From Octopus vulgaris (lineage: Eukaryota): 64,000 nucleotides of DNA. The stretch covers positions 42,532,001 through 42,596,000 of the forward strand of contig OX597830.1 in assembly GCA_951406725.2 (NCBI GenBank), written 5' to 3'. Below are positions 1 to 14,069 of this stretch, one piece after another; position 1 is the first letter of the stretch, and every line of letters begins with the position of its first letter. Under the pieces are notes generated by a model. That model was not told where the DNA came from. It ran no database searches and was given only the letters and a program-made list of their open reading frames with translations. A program made the translations under genes and the position numbers.

Positions 1-1
1 T

Positions 2-105
2 CAAAAACATTTAGACAGCATCCCAGGAGAACCATGTCTCAAGGAAATGCAAAAGATTTTGCTCACAAGTACTGCCCAATTCCTTAGAAAAATTCTATCA
101 ATTTA
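2..105 (+). mobile_element. 3' end fragment of an RLE-type non-LTR retrotransposon ORF (R4/Dong/NeSL-like)
   Basis: Frame from nt 2 reads QKHLDSIPGEPCLKEMQKILLTSTAQFLRKILS, similar to the terminal QK..L.GTA.ILRK.L motif of restriction-like-endonuclease LINEs; followed by a UTR-like stretch and a (TAG)n run. Motif recall only. Confidence 0.5.
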
Positions 106-274
106 CAAGTTTGTCTCATCTTATATGGCAGTGTTTCTCTGTAGCCCTTGCCACTTCTCAGCTTTCAGTTATTTCAACATCTCTTAACTTTCACTTGCCC
201 TGTGTTGCTTAGGTGTGTCTCAGCAAGTGATTACATCAAACATGCAGATTAGAAGGAAATAACAGTGATGATGA

Positions 275-342
<68 letters not shown>
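275..342. repeat. (TAG)n microsatellite
   Basis: Directly visible. Confidence 0.97.
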
Positions 343-552
343 ATACTAAAAGTACAAGGCCTGAAATTGTGGGGTAGGGGGCTAGGCGATTAGATCGACC
401 TCATTATGTAACTGGAACTTATTTTATTGACCCTGAAAGGATGAAAGGCAAAGTCAACCTTGGCAGAATTTTTTACTCAGGGCATGTGGACAGATGAAAT
501 GCCACTAAGCATTTCACCCAGCATGCTAACGATTCTACCAGTTCACCACCTT
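343..552 (-). mobile_element. tRNA-derived SINE, family B (central domain ...GCCTTTCATCCTTTCGGGGTCGATAAA..AAGTACCAG)
   Basis: Reverse complement matches the + strand copies at 62487-63180: head GGTGAACTGGTAGAATCGTTAGCA, central CCTTTCATCCTTTC domain, tail CAGGCCTTGTAC. Confidence 0.85.
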
Positions 553-802
553 AATGATGATGATGATGATGATGATGATAATCTTTTCTCTATTAACAAC
601 TGTGGGTCTTATAAAAGATTGAAGACAAAACAGGACAATACAATACAAAAAGAGTAGGATTGAAGTGTGTGAAAACAGAAAAATAATGATAGATATAACT
701 ATTAAAATCCCCAAAAGAGGGAGACTTTCAAGGGCTGCTCATGGAAACCCTGCAAAAAACCACAATCTCCCTGACTGCTCAAATTTTGACATAAGGCCAG
801 CA

Positions 803-910
<108 letters not shown>

Positions 911-1070
911 GTATGTATATGTGTATACAAATATGGATGAAGCTGATTACAATATCTTGCTCTATCTCTCTTCCTCTCTCTCTTTATCTATCCATCTATA
1001 TATTTATTAATCTTTCTATCTATCCGTCTGCCTGTCTATCTATCTATTAATCTATCTATATATATATACA

Positions 1071-1152
<82 letters not shown>

Positions 1153-1201
1153 TGTACCTTTACAAATATATCTATACCCATATATATGGCTATTTATATA
1201 G

Positions 1202-1255
<54 letters not shown>

Positions 1256-1257
1256 AT

Positions 1258-1296
<39 letters not shown>

Positions 1297-1582
1297 GGTA
1301 CGTATGCATGTGTCTAAATTTAATGCCATGCATGTCTTTTATTACAATACACATATTGCAGCAGTCTTCATGTGTCTAAAACTCTTTCTGCTCACTGCAA
1401 TTATTGATTTTCATCTAATCATAAAAACTGTTGGCTGAAATAATTTTCCAATTTTCTTTCCTTTAATTTTGCTGCATCTTAATTGTGCCAAATTACTCGA
1501 TCAAAACCAGCAGAAAATGGATATTTCTTTCTCCTACTCCTCCCTTCCCACCCTCTCTGTTTTTATAGGTACAAATATACAT

Positions 1583-1601
1583 ATGTATGTATGTATGTAT
1601 G

Positions 1602-1635
<34 letters not shown>

Positions 1636-1967
1636 TGTATGTATGTATGTATGTATGTATGTATGTATGTATGTATGTATGTATGTATGTATGTATGTGT
1701 GTATGTATGTATGTATGTATGTGTGTATGTATGTATGTATGTATGTATGTATGTATGTATGTATGTATGTATGTATGTATGTATGTATGTATGTATGTAT
1801 GTATGTATGTATGTATGTATGTATGTATGTATGTATGTATGTATGTATGTATGTATGTATGTATGTATGTATGTATGTATGTATGTATGTATGTATGTAT
1901 GTATGTATGTATGTATGTATGTATGTATGTATGTATGTGTGTATGTATGTATGTATGTATGTATGTA
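1583..1967. repeat. long (TATG)n tetranucleotide microsatellite (~385 bp)
   Basis: Near-perfect TATG array with three TGTG interruptions; source of the MYVC ORFs. Confidence 0.97.
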
Positions 1968-2117
1968 TTTCTCATTTCTATCATCAGGCGGAACATCAAA
2001 TCAAATTAGATAATCTTTTTTAATTTCTTTCTTTTATTTTCATATGTATACATACCTACATACCTACCTACATACATACAGACACACATGACACACACAC
2101 ACACACACACATATATT

Positions 2118-2284
<167 letters not shown>

Positions 2285-2366
2285 GTATTTATAAATGTAA
2301 AATATATATGTATATATATCTACATATATATATGTATAGGTGTGTGTGCATATACATATATATGTT

Positions 2367-2407
<41 letters not shown>

Positions 2408-2513
2408 ATAAATAGATAGATAGATAGATGGATAAGTACAGAGATATTATGCAGATACATTAATATGTGTGTGTAATGTATGCATACATAAAAGTAATAT
2501 CGTATACACACTC

Positions 2514-2561
<48 letters not shown>

Positions 2562-3162
2562 TTATATATATACACACACACACACACACATACACACACA
2601 TGCACACATGCCTTCATTTTGCTTTACTGTTCAATTTTATATTTTTGATAATTTCTCTTCCTAATATACATATGTGATTGTGTGTGTGTGTGTGTGTGTG
2701 AGTGTGTGGGTGTGTGTGTGCATATGGATGTGTATGTATGTGTGTATAAAAGAATATCTATGCCTACATTAATAATTGTAACTTCGAAAAATATGCACTT
2801 ATTGGAATGAACTGCTATTGTGTTTCTTTTGAAATTATATCTTGCGTCTCTTTGTTCTTGAGAGCAGATTAAAACTGCATTTAATTTCATGCTGACTGCT
2901 GTGTTTGAGTTTTGTTCACAATATCATTTCTTATCTATATTTACCTACCTGTACCTCTCTCTCTCTCTCTCTTTCTTTCTTTCTCTTTTGCTTGTTATAT
3001 CTTTTAATTTTTTTACTGATTTCCACCAAAGGATGGGGCCATGGTAGAGCACTGCTTTTCAATGTGTTTGTATCTGCATATATACATACATACATACAAA
3101 CATACATTCATGTATATATATATATATATATATACATATATATGTGTGTGTGTGTGTATGTG

Positions 3163-3364
3163 TATTGAAAACAGGGAAGGCTGGTTTATGGGATTACCTT
3201 AGGCTTCCCATCCATACAGTGTTTAGCTTTATGGCACATCGTCAGATCCCAAAAATCTGTTGGGCCAACAGGTTTTGGTATCTGACAATACACTATAAAG
3301 TTAAATCCTGTACGGATGGGAAACCTAAGGTAATCCCATAACCCGGCCTTCCCCATTTTTAATA
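3163..3364. mobile_element. palindromic MITE / fold-back element (~200 bp)
   Basis: Left arm GGGAAGGCTGGTTTATGGGATTACCTTAGGCTTCCCATCCATACAG pairs with right arm CTGTACGGATGGGAAACCTAAGGTAATCCCATAACCCGGCCTTCCC; pairing continues to the centre near 3263; TA-rich flanks. Confidence 0.8.
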
Positions 3365-3435
3365 TATACTGCTCTACATCTTAAAAGTGTACTTCTTCTT
3401 TTAGATTCATATTTTTTACAAACACTATACATACA

Positions 3436-3472
<37 letters not shown>

Positions 3473-3477
<5 letters not shown>

Positions 3478-3623
3478 AGAAAAAAAGGCGTCAGAATTCT
3501 GTAAAAAAATCATTTTTATTTCTTCATTATTATGACCTTAGTTACTACCCAGAAACCCAGGTCATAATAATAAAAAAAATAAAAAGATTTTTTGCCAAAA
3601 TTCTGACAACCCTTTTCTCAATA
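3473..3623. mobile_element. short AT-rich palindromic MITE-like element
   Basis: ATTGAGAAAA..GTCAGAATT..ATTATTATGACCT pairs with AGGTCATAATAAT..AATTCTGAC..TTTTCTCAAT around a ~20-nt spacer. Confidence 0.65.
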
Positions 3624-3658
3624 TTCAATTTCTGTACATCACACCTAGCACACACACA

Positions 3659-3731
<73 letters not shown>

Positions 3732-4011
3732 CATAAACACACACACACATGCACACACACACACACACACATATAAATACACATGTATAGAGATAGATAG
3801 ACACAGAGAGACAGATAGACAGACATGACTAGATAACTTAGTAGAACTTAATATATGGACAGTACACCAAATAGAGAAGTGTACTTGTATATCTCAGTAT
3901 ATACATGTGTGTGTGCATGTGTGTTTCATATGTGTTTGTGCAAGCATGTATACATATATATGTAAGTATATATACATATATATGTAAGTATATATAAGGG
4001 TAGAAATTGAT

Positions 4012-4042
<31 letters not shown>

Positions 4043-4654
4043 TACTCTCACACACACACATGTAATATAGATTATGCATACACATACACAATTATATGTG
4101 TGTGTGTGTGTGTTTGTGCATGTGTTCATGTGCATATGTAGACAGATATAGATGCATGTATGTATGCATGTATGTATGTATGTATGTATGTATGTATGTA
4201 TGTATGTATGTATGTATGTATGTATGTATTATGTATGTATGTATTTATGTATGTATGTATGTATGTATGTATGTATGTATGTATGGTTAAAAATCAAATA
4301 TCCTGTGCTATTTCAGAAATACTTGCAGGATATGGTATTTGACACCAACTTACTTTTGTTAGGTCAAAGTAGGTAAACTGCTAATGGTGAAATAGAGAAA
4401 GAAGATGAATGATATTCTCCTGTTAAGTTCATTCAGTAAATGGTTACCATAGCAATGTACTTATATAGTTCAACCCCTCATGAGGCTGAGGATTAATTCA
4501 CAGCGCAATATAACAGTATAAGTATTTCCATCACACTTTACATAAATTTTCTCATTTGATTATGACAATTATGGACATTTTTAACCAGCGATAATATAAA
4601 TTTTATTAAATATAACATGAGTATGTCTATGTTCATAAGGACACCTAGATACAT

Positions 4655-4703
<49 letters not shown>

Positions 4704-6253
4704 TGTGTGATTCCCATGTATGTGTGTGTTTGTGGTGTATGTGTTTGTGTGTGTTTCCCATGTATGTGTGTGTGTGTTTGTGGTGTAGGATTCAGTTAGT
4801 TGAAAATTTTCAATTAAAAGTGATTAACCTTACATATCAGAACACAAAAATCTCTCTATAAAGCCCTTTAGAAATCTAAAGAAAAAAGAAAAAGTAAATA
4901 ACAAAAAAGAATAAAATACAAACAAGGGAAATAACTCTTTCGGAATCATAGTTTTTCAAAGTTTTCAAAAAATCTTCTAAAGAAAGTGCGGTTAGCAGTG
5001 ACTGTGTTTTTAAGCCTCAACTGGCGAAAGCAATGAAGATGTTTTGATCTAGTTACATTTCATTGGTAAAACATCTCTCTGTCTCTTTGTCTCTGTCTAT
5101 CTATCTCTCTTTGTATGCCTGTCTGTCTGTTTACTATCTGTCTATCTCTTTGTCTATCTAACAATCTCTTTCCCTCTTAGACAGCCCTGTGGCTCACTGG
5201 ATCTCGTTAAACCATCCCATATCAGCATGGAAAACAGACATAAAATGATGATGATGATAAGAATCCATAAAATCAGATAAGGTTTGCACTTGTATATTTG
5301 CGAATAGACTAAGTCTGTTGATCAAAGATCCATTTCATCCTAATGCTTTTGTATTGAATATCATATAATGAACTTATTGCATACAGTGCTCAGGTACACT
5401 GCAAAGTGTTAGAAAAAGTAACCAAAATTGCATGAACAGTACATAGACTATGCACAGAAAGTGAACAGTGAATAAATCTTTAAAAAGAAAGTGGGGGAAG
5501 CGGTGGGGGTGGAGAAGTGTTGGCGAATTTCAGGAAGCATGAAAGTTGTGAGGGATGTAGTGTCTTCACTGCTAACAACTGATGCAGGTAGTTTAGTCCA
5601 GTTTATTAAAACTGATTGGCATGATCAGCTGCAATGGGTCTATAATACTGCATACTTTGATTCATATAGGTAGTCTTTTCTGTGTGGAAATAAGCCTCTT
5701 TTCTCCACATACACACACACACTCTCTCTCTCTTGCTCTCTTTCTCCCTCTCACTTGCTCTCTTTCTCCCTCTCTCTCTCTCTCACATATACTTTTTCCT
5801 TTCTCCATCTTTTCTCTCTCTTCATTTATCCTTTCTGAAGAAGAGCATAGGCTCAAAATGTTAATGATTTCTTCCATTATTCTTCAGTGTCAAACAATCA
5901 TATTCTGTTTGTATTCTTCCACCTTGTCTTTGTATTTTGAACTACATGTGAGAAGTGCAGACTTCAATTCTCTGTAGCTGCTGCCAGTTACATTTTTTCC
6001 ATCTGTAGGGGTATTCTAATTGACTTTCTAAAGCTATTTTCATTGCTATTCTCCTGCATTCAAGATTCCTTCAATTTTTAAAAATATTTAAACTCATTTG
6101 ACACTTTAGTGTTTGATCATTTGTAAAAATGTTCTCACATTTCAGAAGCTAATATTTAACATTATAAAGAATGGGATCTGTTGTTAGATGTTGTTTCGCT
6201 CAATGGCACAGAGAGCTCAGTTGGATTTCAAAAGGTCCAAAGTTCAATTCTCT

Positions 6254-6314
<61 letters not shown>

Positions 6315-6823
6315 AGCTAAGTCAATCTTGGCAGAATTTGAACTCAGAACAAGGCAGACAAAATGCTAAAGAGTTAAGGCTGAACCCCGGCATGACTGCA
6401 GTTGAATGACTAAAGCAAATAAAATGAAGAAAAAACAGACGATCTGAATGGCTAAAATAGCTTTTTCAAGCTTCATTATTCTGTTGCTGTTAAAAAGCTT
6501 AGGTTCTCCCTCTGCCGAACAGAAAAATACCCATTTAAAATATTGGTTTCAGATTTTAGCACAAATTCAGAAATTTCTGGGGAAGGGTTAAGTTGATCAC
6601 ATCTACCCCAATCCCCCCAGCATTCAAGTGGTCCTTATTTTATCAATCCTGAAAGGAAGGAGAAGCAAAGTGAACCCTGGTGAAATTTGAATTCAGAATG
6701 TAAAACTGAAAGAAATGTCACTAAACATTTGGTCCAACATTCTGAAAATTTTACCTTGGTTTTCATTATAAAGAGTAACAATGAAGATATTTGTAATATA
6801 TATATATATATATATATATATAA

Positions 6824-6871
<48 letters not shown>

Positions 6872-7139
6872 CATTATTGTCACTGAATATTCATTTTTCC
6901 ATGCATGAGTCAGACAGAATTTGTTGAGGTAAGTTTTCTATGGCTGGATGCCCTTCCTGTCATCAATTCTCACCTATTTCTAGGCAATGTAATATTTCCC
7001 AATAACCAAATAACCAGATATGCTTTTATGCTTTTTAGGGAATGCTGGAAGAGAAAAGCATTGCTTTCATGGCATTGGTTATCATTTATAATGACCATGT
7101 CATGCCTAGACAGGAGTGTACACATACACTTATGTATAT

Positions 7140-7440
7140 ATAGGACCCCTTTGGTCATAGAAAGTTCCCCTCCGAGACACAAGTCCATGTAAGGTTGTTT
7201 GTGGAAGACCAACAGTTGCCCATGCACACCAGCCTCCCCTCTCTATGCCACCAATGTTATCCAAGGGAAAGGCAAAAGTCAATACACCTTGGCACCAGAG
7301 ACGCCGCCACTCATTTCTAAAGGAGCAATGTGAAATAATGTGTCTCACTCAAGACCTCAACACACAGCCTGGTCCCAGAATCGAACCCACTATTTCATGG
7401 TTGTGAGCATGATACTCTAACCACTAAGCCATGCACCTTC
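7140..7440 (-). mobile_element. tRNA-derived SINE, family C
   Basis: Minus strand begins GAAGGTGCATGGCTTAGTGGTTAG...GGGTTCGATTCTGG (A and B boxes) and continues into a non-tRNA body; related head at 51895. Confidence 0.7.
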
Positions 7441-7447
7441 ATATGTG

Positions 7448-7487
<40 letters not shown>

Positions 7488-7506
7488 TGGGTGTATGTAT
7501 TTGTGT

Positions 7507-7539
<33 letters not shown>

Positions 7540-8043
7540 AGTGAGAGAGAGAGAGGGAGAGCATCGTGAAAGCAGTATTCTTCATTCTTAATCTTCCATG
7601 CAAATATGGTCAACCATGGGGGAAATATTATATTGAGTTGGCAACAGGATGGGCATCCAGCTTTTGAAAATCTGTTTCAACGAATTTCATCAGACTCATG
7701 AAAGCACAAAGACGTGAACATGAAAATGATGATGATGACGACGATGATGAAGACAACGACAATAACAACAACAACAAGGACGATGATGATGATGATAGAG
7801 AGGAGTCTAAACTATCAGACTCCACTCTTTCAACCATGGTTGATTATTTTTTAATTTCAATTAGATAATCAATTTATTTATTCATGCCATTTTTGGTACT
7901 GTGACCAGAAGCTAGAGCTAAGTGCACGCATTGATCTCATACAGGCCTACAGCTGACCAAAAACTTTTTAACAGCATTTGTCTTGGAAAAAAATTTATAT
8001 ATACATATATATATATATACACACATGCATATATATATAAATT

Positions 8044-8092
<49 letters not shown>

Positions 8093-8181
8093 GTATATAT
8101 AAATGCACACCATATATATATATACACACACGCATATATATATAAATTTATAAATTTATATATATATATAGTGTGTGTGTG

Positions 8182-8230
<49 letters not shown>

Positions 8231-8950
8231 TATACACACACATTTGCATGTGTGTGGGGGAAGTGCATGTATGTATGGATATATATGTATATATATGTTG
8301 GAATATATGTGTGTGTATGTGTGTGTGTGTGTGTATGTATCTATGTATATACATATGTATTTATGTATGTACATACATATTTATGTATGTATGTATATAT
8401 ATGTACGTATTCTTTTACTCTTTTACTTGTTTCAGTCATTTGACTGCAGCCATACTGGAGCACTTTTAAACGTTTATTTATGTATAGATTTTTTGCAAAC
8501 AACTAGCAGATGCGAGTGCTACCAGTTGAAAGCTCTGCATACATACTGGATGCTAGCAAGTTGATGGGATCCTTAGGAGAGAATGCACACCAATTTGGGA
8601 CCTTCTTCTCAACAACATAATTGCTCATCACTGTCCACCCCTCCCTGAAATGAGGTCCTGCTTGCTAGATCAACTAGTTATTAAGTTTTACTCAATAATG
8701 CTTAGCGGTATTTCGACCGCCATTACATTCTGAGTTCAAATTCCACCGAGGTCGACTTTGCCTTTCATCAATTAAATAAGTGCCAGTTAGGGGGTCGATG
8801 TAATCAACTTAATCCCTTTGTCTGTCCTTGTTTGTCTCCTCTGTGTTTAGCCCCTGTGGGCAATAAAGAAATAAATATTCTTCTAGCCATTGCTCATCAT
8901 CTCTTTTTAACCAAATCCATTTTTATATATATGTGTTTGTATGTGTGTGT

Positions 8951-9019
<69 letters not shown>

Positions 9020-9589
9020 TAATATATATATATATATATATGTCAGTATGTATATCACATAAATAGAGATGGAATCAATATCCAGATCTTGGAAAATTTT
9101 AAAAACATTTTGCAATTTTTATGTTTCTTTGTTCTTGTGTTTTTAGTTTTTATTTTTATTTCCTATATCATCATCAATTCCATGGAACTGTTCCAATGTA
9201 AATAATAAATAAGTAAACAAATTTATTCTCCAAAACCAAAATAATGGATTTATTTAACAACATTCATGATATATGTATGCTACCAAAACTACCAACACCA
9301 TCCTTACTATTACTGCTACCACCACCACCACCACCACCACCACCACTTCAAAAATTAAAACATAAAAGAAAAGCTAAAATAAAAGAAAAAAAACTGGAGG
9401 TGGCAGGAATAGTAAAGTTCAAGAATGCAACTTCAAAATCAATAAAACATTCAGTACATCACCCAACATGACATGGTATAGCATGGTATGACATGGAATT
9501 GCATGGAATGGTATGTATAGATTCTAATTGAAGAATAACATTTCCATTTCGACTATTTTTATCTCATTTGATTATAATTGCGAAGAGCG

Positions 9590-9930
9590 ATGATGATGAA
9601 GATGATTGTGGTGGTGATCATGGTGATGGTGGTGGTGATGACAACGATGATGGTAGTGGCAGTGGTAACGATGGTGATGATGGTGGTGGTGGTGGTTATG
9701 ACTATGGTGATGATGGTGAAGGTGGTGGTGGTAGTTATGACAATGGTGGTGGTGGTGGTGGAGGTGTTGTTGGCTGCGGCAGTGGTGATGGAAACAACAA
9801 TGATGATCATAATAATGATGATTTTTTTTTTATTATTGCAACAAGGACGAAAGATGAGGAGACATTACAAGTAAAATTTATGAAGACAGTCATGGTGGTG
9901 GTGGTGGTGGTGGTGATGGTGGAGATGGAG
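9590..9930. repeat. degenerate (GGT/GAT)n low-complexity tract
   Basis: Directly visible; source of the poly-G/D and poly-V/M ORFs. Confidence 0.9.
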
Positions 9931-11706
9931 TGTTGTTAGAGAAACAGTCACAAGAAAAAATGGTATAAAAGAAACGATAGTTTAAATATTGGAGAAATGA
10001 AAGAAATATGCAGCCCAATAGAGGACTAACCAACCATATGAAGCACAGGGGCATTTCAGAGAGCCCCATAGATCATGGATTACCCTTACTGTTAAGGACA
10101 CCTGCTCTCATTCAACCATGCTCTCTGACCTGTTGGCATATACTGACAGTAGGACCATTCACCTGAGCCATTCTCCCCCAATAATCTGCTACCTTTAAGC
10201 AAATATACAAGGAGGCAGCTCCTCTTTCATTCCTTTCACTTCTCTCTCCAAGTGATACATGAAGAAATTTTGATGGGGAATTGGTCGAAGAGGAAAATCT
10301 CTGTCTGCAGTTCTTTCAGTCTTGTCCACTATATGACCTCTGTTGCCTTAGCTGCTCAGACTGAGGAAAACTGCCAGCCTTTTCCTGGCCAAAGAAAAGA
10401 AGAAGTGCAATGCTATTCATGATGTGTTTGGCTAATAGCCAGATCCATCTTACATGTGAACAGCAGCTGTTTGATGTAAATCCACAGTTAAATGATGCTT
10501 GGAAGACAGACATTAAACGATGAGGATGGTGGTGGTGATGGTGGTGGTTGTGGTGGTGGTGTTGGTAGTGATGATGAGGATAATGACAATGACGATAAAG
10601 ATGATGATAGTGGTGGTAGTGATGTGATGATGACAATGGTGGTGGCAGTTGTGGGGAGGAGGAGGAGAAGGAGGGTGATCATGATGGTCATGATGAGGAT
10701 GATGATGATGATGAAGGGTTTTCACACAGTTTCCATCTGTCAAAATTCACTCACAAAGCATTGATTGGTTTGGTGCTATAGTAAAAGACCCTTGCCCAAG
10801 ATGTCACACCATGGGACTGGATCTGAAATCACATGGTTGCAAAGCAAGTACCTTAACCACACAGCCATGGCTTTCTTTCTAAAATGCTTTTTTAATCAGG
10901 AGAGAAGGTAGTGTCCATGACCATTCTTGGGAGTTTTGAAACTAGTTGGAGGGAGGGATGGAGGAAGATATCCAAAAACCAAAGTCCTATTCTGAATGCT
11001 TGCAACATTGGAATCAACTAATGGTTCCCAAAATGCCAGGTGGTGTCATTAAACCAAATCCAGTCTTTTTTATTTTCATCATATCCTCATATTTTTTTTT
11101 ACTTAGCAGCTGATTTGATCTGAGATCATGTGTTGAAACTAAAACAATTACAGCATGAAAGACAGGCTGGTTTCAAATGATGGCACAAGGCCAACAACTT
11201 CAGGGGAGAGGATAAGTTGATTATATTGACCCAAGTTCCCAACTGGTACTTATTTTATTGACTTTGAAAAAATGAAATAAGTCCCAGTACAGCACTGGGG
11301 TTGATGTAATCCACTTACCCCTGCCCCTAGAAACTGCTGGCCTTGTGCCTAAATGTGAAGCTAATATTTAAGTACATTCTAAAGAGGTGAGCTGACAGAA
11401 TCGTTAACACACCAAGCAAAATAGTTAGTGTCATTTCATCTGTCTAAACATTCTGAGTTCAAATTCCATTGAGGTTGACTTTACCTTTGAAAGACACTTA
11501 TTAGCCATTCAAGAATACACACAGATTCTTAACTTCACTCAAAAACTTATAACTTTCTATATGGTGTCAAAAGTTTCATCAAACAAACTGTGACTTGGTC
11601 ACTGACAAGTTTACACAGCATCTCATTTTTTAGTTTGTTGGTTGATCTTTCTCTCTCTCACTTTCTCTTTCTCTCTTTTCCCCTCGCTCTCTCCATCTCT
11701 CCCTTT

Positions 11707-11759
<53 letters not shown>

Positions 11760-11829
11760 GTCACATTATATTATAGATAAATTCCTCTATTTACATAATA
11801 TCGAGGTCTCATTCTTTCTTTTGTTGTCA

Positions 11830-11860
<31 letters not shown>

Positions 11861-11916
11861 ATATCATCATCATCATCATCATCATTGTTGTTTATATATA
11901 TATATATATATATATA

Positions 11917-12871
11917 TTGCTACGATGTTGCTACGATGACCACCCTTGCTAGCTATGCAGATGACACAAAAGTCTCCCACGCAATACAAAACCCTGAAAA
12001 TATTGCGCATCTGCAACATGAGCTGGACACAATATACAGGTGGGCTGAGGACAACAACATGCAGTTTAATGCAGGTAAGTTCCAGGCCCTGCGCTACTGG
12101 CACACAAAGGTAAATGACGTGAAGACTGGATACACTGGCCCAGGAAGAATTGCAATCCCTGAGTCAAAATCAGTGCGTGACCTGGGCATTGACATGAGCA
12201 ATGATGCATCTTTCCAAATGCATATTGCTAATCTGGTGATAAAATGCAGACGGCTAGCTGGATGGATTCTCCGAACTTTCAGAACAAGAGAGAAGGAGAC
12301 ACTGATGGTCCTATGGAAAACATTTGTCCTCAGCCGCTTGGACTACTGCTCCCAACTTTGGTCACCACACAATATAAAACAAACAGCAGAACTCGAAGCA
12401 ACTCAGAGAAGCTACACAAAGAAAATCGTCTCAATGCAAAATGTCAGCTACTGGGAAAGACTGAAGGTATTAAACCTCTTCTCCCTGGAGCGGAGGCGGA
12501 GAAGATATGCAGTGATATACATCTGGAAAATCCTGGAGGGTCTTGTCCCAAACTTTGGCATTCAAAGTTACTCCAACCGCAGAACGGGGCGCCGCTGCGT
12601 GGTGCCAAGGATTCCAACATCACCATCAAAATACAGGTCCAGATACTGCAACAGCTTGGGTTTCAGAGGACCACAGCTCTTTAACATCCTCCCTAAATGC
12701 CTGAGAGACTTACATGGTGTGGATGTGGGTTTCTTTAAAACTAAACTGGATCTCTTCTTGTTGGGAGTCCCAGATGAACCTACCTCACGACAGGAGACAC
12801 GGATGCGGGCAGCAGCATCGAACTCCCTTGTTGATCAAGTGCCACGTATCAGAGGTGGATTCACAAACTAG
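11917..12871 (+). CDS. partial reverse transcriptase ORF2 of the LINE (YADD motif to stop); no genuine start
   Basis: ORF track 11885..12871; its first ~11 codons are (TA)n read-through. Confidence 0.85.
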
Positions 12872-12947
12872 TGTAGCTCATTCAGCGGTGGTGCCCCAGC
12901 ATGGCCGCGGCCTTCGGGCTAAAACATTTTTAAGGATTTAAGGATTT
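11917..12947 (+). mobile_element. 5'-truncated CR1-group LINE (RT C-terminal half, 3' UTR, (TAAGGATT)2 tail) inserted in (TA)n
   Basis: Stop-free frame to 12871 with YADDTK, WAEDNNMQFNAGKF, RDLGI, RLDYCSQLWSP, YWERLKVLNLFSLERRR; short 3' UTR ending TAAGGATTTAAGGATTT; (TA)n on both sides; absent from copy 2. Confidence 0.92.
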
Positions 12948-13254
12948 ATATATATATATATATACATACATACACATTCGAGTGTGGTCATTGCCAGTGC
13001 TGCCGGGCTGGCTCCCGTGCAGATAGTATGTAAAAAAACACCTTTTGAGCATGGTCATTGCAAGAACCGCACAACTGGTCCTTGTGCCGGTGGCACGTAA
13101 AAGCACCCACTACACTCTTGATAGGAAACTTTGCCAGATCAGATTGAGCCTGATGCAGCCTTCTAGCTCACCAGTCCCCAGTCAAACCATCTAACCCATA
13201 CCAGCATGGAAAGCGGATGTTAAACAACAATGATGATGATGATGATGATGATAT

Positions 13255-13309
<55 letters not shown>

Positions 13310-13617
13310 TGACAACAAAAGAAAGAATGAGACCTCGATATTATGTAAATAGAGGAATTTATCTATAATATAATACATATATATATATACACATATAATA
13401 TACATACATATATACATATATATCATCATCATCATCAACATTATCATCATCATTATTGTTTAACGTCCGTTTTCCATGCTAGCATGGGTTGGATGGTTTG
13501 ACCGATGTCTGGGAAGCCAGGAGGCTGCACCAGGCTCCAGTCTGATCTTGCAGTGTTTCTACAGCTGGAGGCCCTTCCTAACACCAACCACTCTGTGAGT
13601 GTAGTGGGTGCTTTTTA

Positions 13618-13649
<32 letters not shown>

Positions 13650-14069
13650 AGACCAGGCATAAATAATAGTCATGTCATTACATATTTATTTATTATAGGA
13701 AGTCAAAGTCAAATTTACTACAATAAAGAAATATCTAATCCCCATTATTTATGCCTTGTCCTGTATATTATTCTGGAAAACCAGTATAACTGGAACACAA
13801 CCAGGGATTTACAATACTGAATGATGATGAACTATAACCCTGGACCCTGCCATGAGAATACTTGATGTCCTTAACTAATCTAAACAATAGTGTTTGCCCG
13901 GTGTACTAACAGAGAGCTTATAAAGTATTTTGCTCAGATTGATAATCCCTCACTAATATCTCTATTATATGTCATCATCATCATCATCATCATCATCATT
14001 TAGCATCCGCTTTCCATGCATCGGGTTCCAGTCTGATTTGGCATGGTTTCTACAGCTGGATGCTCTTTA

